From contig CAWCKH010000005.1 in the NCBI GenBank assembly GCA_963796055.1, positions 1-64,000 on the forward strand: a DNA stretch of 64,000 nucleotides, given 5' to 3'. Origin of the DNA: an uncultured delta proteobacterium. Lineage in GTDB: Bacteria; Myxococcota; Myxococcia; Myxococcales; Myxococcaceae. Under the pieces are notes generated by a model. It was given only the letters and a program-made list of their open reading frames with translations. It was not told the DNA's origin and ran no database searches. Below, piece after piece: positions 20,507 to 29,761 of this stretch (the stretch's first letter is position 1; each line of letters opens with the position of its first letter). A program made the translations under genes and the position numbers.

Positions 20507-23500
20507 GTGTCCGAAGAGAGGAACGAGGTGCAGTCCGTGGAGCGTCCGAGCTCACTTCCGCCGTCCGAGCTGGACGCGGAGAACGAGTCCATCCGCCTGG
20601 CGCGCCTGATCGCCGCCCAGCGCCGGCACGTCGCCCGCCTCCGGCAGCGGTCCGCGCCGGCGGAGGAGATCGAGGCGGCCGAGTCCATCCTGGAGATCGT
20701 GGGGAGGAGCTTCGACGCCAGCGCCGGAACTCCGAAGGAGGACCCCCTCGACCAGGCGGAGGCGCTGGCGCGCAACGAACACTTCGCGGTCCACCGGTCG
20801 CACCGGGCGGTGATCGGACCTGCCGTCCGATTGCTGAAACGGGCAGCCGTCGAGGGGCTCGAGCCCTTCCACGTCGAGCTGCTCCGGACCCAGAGCCGGT
20901 TCAACCTGGAGCTGGTCCACGTCTTCCGGCGGGTGCGGAGGGAGCGGCGGACCCAGATTGGCCGTGACCTCCGGGAGTGGGTCGAGGAGCGGCTCGACCC
21001 CACCATCGACCCCACGCGCTGGAACGTCCCCTCGCACCGGAGGGGAGCTGCCCGGTTCCTGGCGCGCGCGGCCAAGCGGTCGTATCTCACCCAGCTTGCC
21101 CCGCTGCTCCGGCGCGTCCTCGACCAGCAGCGCCAGTTCGACGCCCGCGCGCGGGACCTGGCGGTGCTGGCGGCAGAGTGGGAGCCGCGAACGGCGGAGA
21201 TCACCGTGCTGGTCCACGAGCTCCAGAGGCTGTCCGAGTGGCCGTCACGGCTCGCCCTGCCCTGGCCCGCGTCGGCGACCACACCCATCTGGCGGGAGGT
21301 GTTCCGCCGGCAGGAGTCCTTCAATCGTGCGCTGGTGCTCGCGGTCCGGGACATCGTGGGGGTGTACAGCCGGCCGGGCGCCGGACTCGGCGTGGACTAC
21401 CGTCAATGGGCGCGGACGGTGGAGAGCCGGCGCGCGGAGGAGCTCGAGCATCTGGTGGCTGAGCTCGGGCAGCGACCCCGGATCAGCCTCCTGGTTCCCA
21501 TCTACCAGACTACGCCCGAGCAGCTCGAGGCGTGTCTCCGGTCGGTGGAGAAGCAGACCTACCCCCACTGGGAGCTGTGCGTGGTGGACGACGCCTCCAC
21601 CAGCGGGGAGCCGCTGCGCATCGCGGAGCGCTTCGCACGCAGGCACCCCGGGAAGGTCAAGGTCCAGCGGCTGGCCCGGAACTCGGGGATCGCCTCGGCA
21701 ACGAACGCGGCGCTCGCGCTGGCCACGGGCGAGCTCGTCGGCTTCCTGGATCACGACGATGCGCTGGCCCCCACCGCCCTGGCCGAGGTCGCGGTCGCGG
21801 TGGCTGCGCAGCCGGACACCGACGTCCTCTACTCCGACGAGGACAAGCTCGACTTCGACGGGGCGCGCTGCGAGCCGTTCCTCAAGCCGGACTGGTCACC
21901 CGACCTTCTCCGGTCGGTGAACTACGTCTGCCACTTCCTGGTGATCCGCCGCGCACTGCTCGAGGAGATTGGCGGGGTCCGGACCGGCTTCGAGGGGGCC
22001 CAGGACTACGACCTGGTGCTCCGGGCAACCGAGCGCGCCCGGCGGATCACCCACATCCCTCGGGTGCTGTACCACTGGCGGAAGTCGCCCACCTCCACTG
22101 CCGCCCGGGTGGAGAACAAGCCTCACGCCTCGAACGCGGGCCTCCGCGCGGTCCAGGAGCATCTTCGCCGTCTGGGGGAGGCCGGGGTGGTGGAGGAGAC
22201 CGCGCCGACCAACTTCCGGGTCCGCTACCCGCTCCCGGAGGAGGATGCCCGGGTCTCGATCATCGTTCCCTTCAAGGACAAGGTGGAGCTGCTCCGGACG
22301 CTGCTGGCCTCGCTCGCGGCGCACACCGACTACGAGGACCTGGAGATCCTCCTGGTCAGCAACAACAGCACCGATTCGAGGACCTTCGAGTTCCTCGAAT
22401 CGCTGAAGGGGCAGCCGCGGATCCGGCTGCTGGAGTGGAACCATCCATTCAACTGGTCGGCAATCAACAACTTCGCGGTCCAGCACGCGACCGGCGACTA
22501 TCTGCTGTTCCTCAACAACGACATCGAGGTGGTCGAACCGGGCTGGTTGAAGGAACTGGTCTCCCAGGCGACGCGCCCCGAGGTGGACGTCGTCGGCCCG
22601 CAGCTCCTCTATCCGGACGGGAGCATCCAGGCGGCGGGCGTGGTGGTGGGGCTGGGAGGCTTTGCCGGTCACCCCTGGGCCGGGCTCGCTCCCGACAGCT
22701 GGACGGCCTTCGGGCGAATGAGCTGGTACCGCAACTTCCTCGCGGTGACCGGCGCCTGCCTGATGATCCGCCGGGACCGGTTCGAGGAGCTGGGCGGCTT
22801 CGACGAACGCTTCATCGTCTGTGGCTCGGACGTCGAGCTCGGCTTGCGGGTCAATACCCGCGGCAAGCGGGTGGTCTACACCCCGTTCGCCCGGCTCGTT
22901 CATCACGAGTCGGCCACGCGGGACCCGCAGAAGTTCCCCGACTCCGACTCCTGGATGTCATTCGAGGTCTACCGGCCCTGGCTGGAATCCGGGGACCCGT
23001 TCTACAACCCCAATCTCTCGCTCGACATCGCCGACGGTCGGCTGCGGATGGACACGCGGCGACCCGCGGCGATCGCCGCCGGGGCGCTGGCGCTGCTCAG
23101 CTCGCGGGGGAGACAGTCGTCGAAGCTGGTCCACGAGCGGCGGGTCATCATGGGCTTCGTCAGCGAGCTCGACCCCGAGCGGCCGGCGAGCCCGGCCCGG
23201 GTGCGGCAATCTTCGAGGTCGGCCCCGCTGGAGCGGGTGACCTGGCTGGTGCCGTACTTCCATCACCCATACGGCGGCATCCACACCATTCTCCGCTTCG
23301 CGGACCTTCTCCGCTCGAGGCACGGAGTGCAGAGCGAGTTGGTGGTCTTCGACAAGTCCGAGGCGACAGTACGGGAGCTCGAGGCCAGAGTGCGCCCCCT
23401 CTACCCAGAAGTGCCCGGTCAGTTCCGGGTGCTGGGCAGCACCCGGGAGATCGAGACCCTTGAGCAGACGGATGTGGTTCTGGCGACCTTCTGGACCAGC

Positions 23501-24325
23501 GCCTACTTCGCGATGCGGCACGCCCAGGCGCGGCTCCGTGCCTACTTCGTCCAGGACTTCGAGCCGCTCTTCTATCCCGCTGGCACGATGTACGCGCTGG
23601 CGGAGCAGACCTACCGGCTCGGCCTCTTCGGGGTGTTCAACAGTCCCGGGCTGGGCGAGTTCGTCGAAGGCCACTACGGGATGGCCGGGGTTTCTTTCGA
23701 GCCAGCGGTGGATCCATCGATCTTCCACGACCGCAGGCCGGCGAGGACCGGACCGGTGCGGATCTTCTTCTATGGCAGGCCCTCGGCGGACCGAAACGGG
23801 TTCGAACTGGGGCTGACCGCGCTGAAGCGGCTCAAGGAGAGGCTCGGGGAGCGTGTGGAGCTTCTCTCGGCCGGCGAGGCATGGTCCGCCCAGGAGTTCG
23901 GAATGGAAGGGATGATCCGCAACCTTGGTGTCCTCCCCTACGAGTCGACCGCCGAGCTATACCGCAGCTGCGACCTCGGCCTCTGCTTCATGTTCACCAA
24001 GCACCCCTCGTACCTCCCGCTCGAGCTGATGGCCTCGGGGGTGTGCGTCATCACCAACGACAATCCGGCGAATCGCTGGCTCCTCCGCGACGAGGAGAAC
24101 TGCCTCCTCTCGCACCCGGTGGCCTCCGGCGTGCTCCGCCAGCTCGAGCGCGCCGCCACCGACGCGACCCTGCGCGCGAAGCTGGCGAGCACGGCGGCCG
24201 AGCGGATGCGGCGGCGGACCTGGGAGCAGGCCATCGAGACGGTCCACCGGGCCCTGACTCTGCGTCTGTCGACGGAGAGAGGGCGCTCGGAGGCAGCGAT
24301 GGATCGAGCCGCAGGGGCCGTCTAG
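20507..24325 (+). CDS. Multidomain glycosyltransferase: helical repeats + GT2 + GT2 + WsaF-like GT-B domain (probable rhamnan polymerase)
   Basis: VVDDAS, FLDHDD, YSDEDK, QDYDL; FLNNDIEV, AVTGACL, HHESATR; YFVQDFEPLFYPAG..YALAEQTYR, HPSYLPLELMASG; start uncertain. Confidence 0.88.
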   Translation: MSEERNEVQSVERPSSLPPSELDAENESIRLARLIAAQRRHVARLRQRSAPAEEIEAAESILEIVGRSFDASAGTPKEDPLDQAEALARNEHFAVHRSHRAVIGPAVRLLKRAAVEGLEPFHVELLRTQSRFNLELVHVFRRVRRERRTQIGRDLREWVEERLDPTIDPTRWNVPSHRRGAARFLARAAKRSYLTQLAPLLRRVLDQQRQFDARARDLAVLAAEWEPRTAEITVLVHELQRLSEWPSRLALPWPASATTPIWREVFRRQESFNRALVLAVRDIVGVYSRPGAGLGVDYRQWARTVESRRAEELEHLVAELGQRPRISLLVPIYQTTPEQLEACLRSVEKQTYPHWELCVVDDASTSGEPLRIAERFARRHPGKVKVQRLARNSGIASATNAALALATGELVGFLDHDDALAPTALAEVAVAVAAQPDTDVLYSDEDKLDFDGARCEPFLKPDWSPDLLRSVNYVCHFLVIRRALLEEIGGVRTGFEGAQDYDLVLRATERARRITHIPRVLYHWRKSPTSTAARVENKPHASNAGLRAVQEHLRRLGEAGVVEETAPTNFRVRYPLPEEDARVSIIVPFKDKVELLRTLLASLAAHTDYEDLEILLVSNNSTDSRTFEFLESLKGQPRIRLLEWNHPFNWSAINNFAVQHATGDYLLFLNNDIEVVEPGWLKELVSQATRPEVDVVGPQLLYPDGSIQAAGVVVGLGGFAGHPWAGLAPDSWTAFGRMSWYRNFLAVTGACLMIRRDRFEELGGFDERFIVCGSDVELGLRVNTRGKRVVYTPFARLVHHESATRDPQKFPDSDSWMSFEVYRPWLESGDPFYNPNLSLDIADGRLRMDTRRPAAIAAGALALLSSRGRQSSKLVHERRVIMGFVSELDPERPASPARVRQSSRSAPLERVTWLVPYFHHPYGGIHTILRFADLLRSRHGVQSELVVFDKSEATVRELEARVRPLYPEVPGQFRVLGSTREIETLEQTDVVLATFWTSAYFAMRHAQARLRAYFVQDFEPLFYPAGTMYALAEQTYRLGLFGVFNSPGLGEFVEGHYGMAGVSFEPAVDPSIFHDRRPARTGPVRIFFYGRPSADRNGFELGLTALKRLKERLGERVELLSAGEAWSAQEFGMEGMIRNLGVLPYESTAELYRSCDLGLCFMFTKHPSYLPLELMASGVCVITNDNPANRWLLRDEENCLLSHPVASGVLRQLERAATDATLRAKLASTAAERMRRRTWEQAIETVHRALTLRLSTERGRSEAAMDRAAGAV

Positions 24326-24335
24326 AAGCGAAGGT

Positions 24336-25055
24336 ATGACCTCGACCCCCTCGCAGATCGAGCTCGGGTGTGGGAGCCACAAACGTCCGGGTTTCTTCGG
24401 GATCGACATCGCTCCAGGAGACCAGGTGGACCTGGTCATGGACATCGAGCGACAGCCGCTTCCCTTCCCCGACGAATCAGTGGACTACGTCTACAGCAGT
24501 CACGCCTTCGAGCACCTCGAGGCGCCGGGCTCGCCGATCCAGACCCTGCGGGAGATGGTCCGCGTCTGTCGTGACGGCGCGACGGTCGAGATCTGGACCC
24601 CCTACGGGAAGAGCAACGACGCGCTGCTCCTCGGGCACCGCAACTTCTACACCGAGACGCACTGGCAGCACATCGTGTACCTGTACGACACCTTCTACCT
24701 GGGCGAGATGCCCGGGCGATTCGTCTGGGAGAAGACCCAGTACGTGCTCTGGCCGGGGATCGTCGAGGAACTCGGGGGACTGGGGATTCCTCTCGAGTTT
24801 GCGCTCGACCACCTCTTCAACGTCGCGCTCGAGTTCGGGGTGTTCCTGCGGGTGGACAAGAAGGCGACCCGGGCGCTGAACCCCCAGCATCCCAGGAAGG
24901 TCTTCGGCTACTCCCGCGGTGACACCCTCGAGCCACGTCCTCCGTTCTCCCGGGCCTCGCCGTTGCCTCACGCCCAAACGACACGGGAGCTGGCATCCGA
25001 GCTCGCCCGGCGCGTCTCCGCACGCCTCGGTCGCCTCGTCAAGCGTGCCCGATGA
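24336..25055 (+). CDS. Class I SAM-dependent methyltransferase
   Basis: IELGCG, GIDI, LPFPDESVDYVYSSHAFEHL; basic amphipathic C-terminal helix. Confidence 0.88.
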   Translation: MTSTPSQIELGCGSHKRPGFFGIDIAPGDQVDLVMDIERQPLPFPDESVDYVYSSHAFEHLEAPGSPIQTLREMVRVCRDGATVEIWTPYGKSNDALLLGHRNFYTETHWQHIVYLYDTFYLGEMPGRFVWEKTQYVLWPGIVEELGGLGIPLEFALDHLFNVALEFGVFLRVDKKATRALNPQHPRKVFGYSRGDTLEPRPPFSRASPLPHAQTTRELASELARRVSARLGRLVKRAR

Positions 25056-25143
25056 GCATGCAGCGGGTCCTCCCCTCGCGCACGGCCCTCCAGCATTGAA
25101 CGCTCGTGAGGCCTCAGGCGAGCCAATCTCCTCCCCCACTGCG

Positions 25144-27417
25144 GTGCGCGTTCGGTTCCTGTGGCTCGCACTGCTCGGAGCGAGCGCTCTCTGGCTGCTG
25201 ACCGGTTGGGGGCGGTGGCCTGGTGAGCTCGTCACCGAGCCGCTCGCCACGGGCTTCGATCCGGCAGCCTGGCAGCTGAAGTCCTTCTCACCCGGCGCGG
25301 TCTATCCGCAGGTCCCGCCGCTCTCGCGGGCGATTCACGTCGTCGGCTCCTGGATCGACGGCGACCGGAGCGTGGGCGAGGCGACCTCACCGTGGTTTTC
25401 AGTCGACCGGGACGTCGCGCTCTGGATCGCCGGCTACCCGGCGGCCCGAGGGAACCAGCTTGAGCTGACCTTTCGGACCGAGGACGGCCGCCTCACCACG
25501 ATCCTGATCGACCGGAGCCCGGGTGATCACTGGGAGCTCTGGACTCCGGAGCAGCTCCCCCCAGCCAGTCGGCTGGAGATGCGGATCAGTGCCCGCGATG
25601 GCTCGAAGGAACCGGGAGGCTGGCTCGCTTTCTCCGAGCCCGTCCGGGTTTGGTCCCGGGACGTCGGGGGCGCCTTCGTTCGGCTGATCCTGACGACTGC
25701 CGCGGTCTTCTGCCTGGTCCTAGGACCGGGGCTGGCCTGGCTCCGTCGACGGTGGCCGGACGCCTCGCTGGCCTACCTTCCGTTGCCCGGGCTCGCCGTT
25801 CTCCTCGCCCTCGGTCTGCTGGCCTGGGCCCTTCGCCCGGCCTGGTCGAGCGCTCTTCTCCCGCTGGCATTGGTGCTTCTCCTGGGGTGGATCGCACGTC
25901 GAACCCTGGACCGTGGCGTCTGGGAGCGCTTTTCCGTCGCCGAGCTTCGCTCGCTGCTCTTGGTCCTGGCGCTGGTGTGCATCGGCGCGGCGAAGGCCGG
26001 TCTCTCGGCCGGGCCACCGGACGAGCTCTTCGGCGGCACCATCAGTCGAACGCTCGAGTCCGGTGACCGCTCCGACAGCAGGATCCAGTACCATGTGGTC
26101 CAGCTCGTCCTGCAGCACCGAGGTCCGAGGACCGCGCTGTCGGCCGAGCTCTTCGCCCCGTACAGCTTCTCATCGCGGGGACCGCTAGCCGGGTTGATCT
26201 CGGTGCCTCTGGTGGCCGGGGCGGGCTCGAAGGTCGCGACGCGATTCCCGAACGAGACCTGGGCCCTCTTCGACCAGCAGGGATTCGCCGCCTACCGCCT
26301 CACCTGCATCGTCCTCGCAGCGATCTCGATCCTGGGTGCGTTCGGGTTCGTCGAGGCAATGGCCAGCCAGGGGCGTGCCGTGCTTGCGGCGACGCTCCTG
26401 GCCGGATGTCCGTTCTTCGTGCACGAGGTGTACTTCACCTGGCCAAAGCTCTTCTCGGCCTACTTCGCCCTGCTTGCGCTCCTCTCGGTGACGCGCGGAC
26501 GTGCGTTGCTGGCTGGCGCCTGGCTCGGCCTCGGATATCTCGCCCACCCCGGCGCGCTCTTCGCGGCCCCCATCGCACTCGGCCTGCTTCTGCTGCGGGA
26601 GGCTTCCACCCAGCCCGACCGGAGCTGGAAGGCAGCGCTGGCACAGGCGGGAATCTATTCGCGCAGCGCTCGGATCCTCGCGGGCCTCGCGCTCGGCCCC
26701 GTGCTCTGGAGGTTGCTCAATCGAGGACAGGTTGCCCAGGGGCAGTTCGTCGACTACCTCCTGATGGCGTACGGCCGCCGCGCTGCGAACCTCGCCGAAT
26801 GGGCGGCGCTCCGGGTCGAATCGCTCGGCAACACGCTCCTTCCCCTCGCAGCATTCTTCATGACACCCAAGCCGGGCGTCCCTCCCCCAGGGTTCCACCG
26901 GTTCATGTACCAGTACTGGTTGAGCCTGCCGTTCGCCGTCGGCGTCAGCGCCGTCCCGGCGTTCCTCTGCGTCCTCGTCCTGATGGCCCGGCGCTTCACC
27001 GCGGCGTTCGTGCTCCTCCTGATTGCGCCGCTCATCGTCTTCACCCTCTACTGGGGAGCGACCGATGCGGGCATGATGAGAGAGGGCCTGCAGCCGTGGT
27101 TCTGCGTCCTGGTGTGCCTTGCGGCCATCATCTGGCCGGCCGGCGGGCGTCTGGGCCGCGTACTTGGCTCACTCCTGCTCCTTCGGGGCGCGGAAATCCT
27201 GGCGATGCTCCTCTGGCCTCTCTGGCTCCCACGAACGGCAGCCTCGGCCGTCTATCTCGCCACAGACACAGCGCTGGCCGTGGCGATCGGCTCGCTGGTG
27301 GGCTGGCTTTCGATTCGAACGATCCGGGAGCTCTGGACCGTCGCCGATGGCGAGGACAGGTCTGAGCTGACCATTCTCGCCGAGATACCGCCGGCCATTC
27401 CCCGTCCGCCGTCGTGA
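25144..27417 (+). CDS. Polytopic membrane protein, GT-C-like, with N-terminal extracytoplasmic domain
   Basis: More than 10 hydrophobic segments, acidic loop (GDRSDSRI), PFFVHEVYFTWPKL; start uncertain (25096 or 25144). Confidence 0.6.
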   Translation: MRVRFLWLALLGASALWLLTGWGRWPGELVTEPLATGFDPAAWQLKSFSPGAVYPQVPPLSRAIHVVGSWIDGDRSVGEATSPWFSVDRDVALWIAGYPAARGNQLELTFRTEDGRLTTILIDRSPGDHWELWTPEQLPPASRLEMRISARDGSKEPGGWLAFSEPVRVWSRDVGGAFVRLILTTAAVFCLVLGPGLAWLRRRWPDASLAYLPLPGLAVLLALGLLAWALRPAWSSALLPLALVLLLGWIARRTLDRGVWERFSVAELRSLLLVLALVCIGAAKAGLSAGPPDELFGGTISRTLESGDRSDSRIQYHVVQLVLQHRGPRTALSAELFAPYSFSSRGPLAGLISVPLVAGAGSKVATRFPNETWALFDQQGFAAYRLTCIVLAAISILGAFGFVEAMASQGRAVLAATLLAGCPFFVHEVYFTWPKLFSAYFALLALLSVTRGRALLAGAWLGLGYLAHPGALFAAPIALGLLLLREASTQPDRSWKAALAQAGIYSRSARILAGLALGPVLWRLLNRGQVAQGQFVDYLLMAYGRRAANLAEWAALRVESLGNTLLPLAAFFMTPKPGVPPPGFHRFMYQYWLSLPFAVGVSAVPAFLCVLVLMARRFTAAFVLLLIAPLIVFTLYWGATDAGMMREGLQPWFCVLVCLAAIIWPAGGRLGRVLGSLLLLRGAEILAMLLWPLWLPRTAASAVYLATDTALAVAIGSLVGWLSIRTIRELWTVADGEDRSELTILAEIPPAIPRPPS

Positions 27418-27426
27418 GCATCCCCC

Positions 27427-29706
27427 TCACCGGACCTCCAGCTCGACGGAGGTACTCGACACCTGCGCCGTCCGGCCGTCCCCGCTCGTGACCGAGAGCT
27501 CGATCCGGTGCAACCCGCGGCCCAGCTGATCGAGGGGGATCGACGCACGGAACCCGCTCTCCGCGTACCGCGGTTCTGCCCAATGGCTGGCCACGTCTTC
27601 CCGGACGATGCCATACTCGGCTGGGATCTCGAGGCGACCGCCATCGACGATCAGCACCACGCCTTCCGCACGCGTACGGCGATCGCGGTCGATTGCCCAG
27701 CCGGTGAGAGTGACCTTCGCCTCCTGGTCCATGTCCAGGGAGATCCGCGGCTGGCCGGAGCCGACATAAACTCCGTTGATCCATTCCAGGTGCGCCATCG
27801 GCTCTCCTGGAATGCGCTCGGTGCGCGCGGCGGAAGCCGGCGGGCTGATTCTTGGACCGGCCTCGGGCAGCACCTCCCAGGCCACCGACATCCGGGGCTC
27901 CAGCCCGCTCAGGCCCGGCCCTGCGAGCCGGAAGGCGCGAACCGGGTCCGGTACCCGCGAGCCCTCGAACAGGGGAGGAAGGTCCTCGACATTCACTGGC
28001 ATGGCGTCGAGAAGGAACCCACTCCTCGCGGTCGCCAGTACCAGCCGGTAAGTGCGGACCCGGCCCAGGCGTGTGATGGCATGAAGCACGACGGGCGCGG
28101 GACGGAACAGAATCCGGCGGAGCGTGCCCGCTCCGCTCTCATTCAGGCCGAGCGAGACACGGACCGGCCCTTCGCCTTCCGGGACCTGGACCCAGTCTCG
28201 AAGGGCGGTGGTCCTCTCGGCGCGCCGGCCCTCCGCAACCTCACGCGGGACGGCCCTCCGCCTTAGGAGCAACAGGCCGCGCGATGGGGCGCTGCGAAAG
28301 GGCTCCCACCCGCGCAGAACGGCGTCCCAGGTGGCGGGGCAATCCCACAGCATGTTGCGCTCGTCGATTGCGTCGACCTTCAACAGCACGAAGGTAGGCC
28401 TGTCCTCCCCCAGCCGCTGCGCGCTCCAGCGGTCGAGCTCTGGCGTGTAGGCCGAATACATCTGCAGCGTGGGGAACGGGACGCAGTCGAGCGCGTTGGC
28501 CCAGCACAATGTGATCTCCCACGGAACGACCAGGACTCGCTCCGTCCCGATAAGGTCTCTCCAGCCGTCGGGAAGCATCTCCCCCGCGAGCAGTCGCTCA
28601 CCGCGGGCCCTGAGGTCTCGGCGAGCGGCCGGAAACTGGACCAGATTTCCGATCCACCGCATGCCCTGGCGTCCGGAGAGGATCTCCGGGAGGAGGGAAC
28701 GCCGCTTCTCCACCTCGGCGGGGGAAAGCGCGATCACGGCCACGGTCACGGTCGTGAGCAGCAGGCCCCCACTGCACAGTTGCTCGCGTCGGGTAGCCGC
28801 CAGAAGGAGTGCCGCCAGACTGCTCCAGAGCAGCACCCCGAAGGCGATGAGCTCGTGCGCATCGTCCTGCCGGACGAACGCGTGCTTCAAGGAGCAGAGA
28901 ACAGGCACCAAGGACACGAGGAGCACCGTCCCGGAGGCCGACCGGACCCCCGCTCCCACCATCGCGGTGACCAACACCGCCACCAGGAGCGCCGCCCAGG
29001 CGAGATGCCCCAATGGCCCGACCGAGGCCATCGCGTCGTTGTAGCCCGACGCGATCTGCGCGGAGCGTCGAAGAAAATAGAGGATGGAGCTTGGGCCTCC
29101 GAGCAGCAGGATCGCGAGGAGTCCCAGGCCGAGGAGGAGAACGGCGACCGTGATGGCGATCCAGCGACGGGGGACCTGGTGCCAGCGACAGACCGCCAGC
29201 CCACAGGCGAGCGTCGTCAGCGCGCACACGCCGGTCCCGAACTTCATGAAAGGCAGCAGGGAGCAGAGGATCGCCGCTGGAACGAGGAGCCTGGTCGCTC
29301 CGTGCACCGCGGCGACGGACAGGAGCAGCACCACCAGGCCGAGGATCTCGTAGTCGAGCTCGCGCTCGACAATCGCGATCAGTGGGAAGGCCAGAAGGAA
29401 GAGCACCACCGAGGACCGCCGCTCCCGGCGGACCAGGAGGAAGGCGACCAGTGCGAAGAGCCCGGCATGAAGAACCGCGCGCACGACGTTGCCCACCAGC
29501 AGGTGGTTGCCCACGTCGAGCGGTCGGACGATGTACCCCAGGGGACCGTAGGTGAAGATGAGGTCTCTTCCGAAGCGGAAGCCCTGCCAGGAGAAGAGAT
29601 TCAGACCGATCACCCACGAGGGATCGAGCCCCGACCGTGGCGGCTCATACGATCCCGGAAAGGCAAGCAGTCCCACCCACAGAGCGAGCGCGGCGGGCGC
29701 CCACAT
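27427..29706 (-). CDS. Polytopic membrane protein, GT-C-like, with C-terminal Ig-like domain
   Basis: GLDPSW...FGRDLIFTYGPLG first loop, many TMs, C-terminal GWAID...YGIVREDVA...SGF; start 29706 or 29745. Confidence 0.65.
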   Translation of the reverse strand: MWAPAALALWVGLLAFPGSYEPPRSGLDPSWVIGLNLFSWQGFRFGRDLIFTYGPLGYIVRPLDVGNHLLVGNVVRAVLHAGLFALVAFLLVRRERRSSVVLFLLAFPLIAIVERELDYEILGLVVLLLSVAAVHGATRLLVPAAILCSLLPFMKFGTGVCALTTLACGLAVCRWHQVPRRWIAITVAVLLLGLGLLAILLLGGPSSILYFLRRSAQIASGYNDAMASVGPLGHLAWAALLVAVLVTAMVGAGVRSASGTVLLVSLVPVLCSLKHAFVRQDDAHELIAFGVLLWSSLAALLLAATRREQLCSGGLLLTTVTVAVIALSPAEVEKRRSLLPEILSGRQGMRWIGNLVQFPAARRDLRARGERLLAGEMLPDGWRDLIGTERVLVVPWEITLCWANALDCVPFPTLQMYSAYTPELDRWSAQRLGEDRPTFVLLKVDAIDERNMLWDCPATWDAVLRGWEPFRSAPSRGLLLLRRRAVPREVAEGRRAERTTALRDWVQVPEGEGPVRVSLGLNESGAGTLRRILFRPAPVVLHAITRLGRVRTYRLVLATARSGFLLDAMPVNVEDLPPLFEGSRVPDPVRAFRLAGPGLSGLEPRMSVAWEVLPEAGPRISPPASAARTERIPGEPMAHLEWINGVYVGSGQPRISLDMDQEAKVTLTGWAIDRDRRTRAEGVVLIVDGGRLEIPAEYGIVREDVASHWAEPRYAESGFRASIPLDQLGRGLHRIELSVTSGDGRTAQVSSTSVELEVR

Positions 29707-29761
29707 GGAGACGCCACGGACTGGACCCGGGAGGGCGGAGTGCATAGCGTCCGGCGGCACG

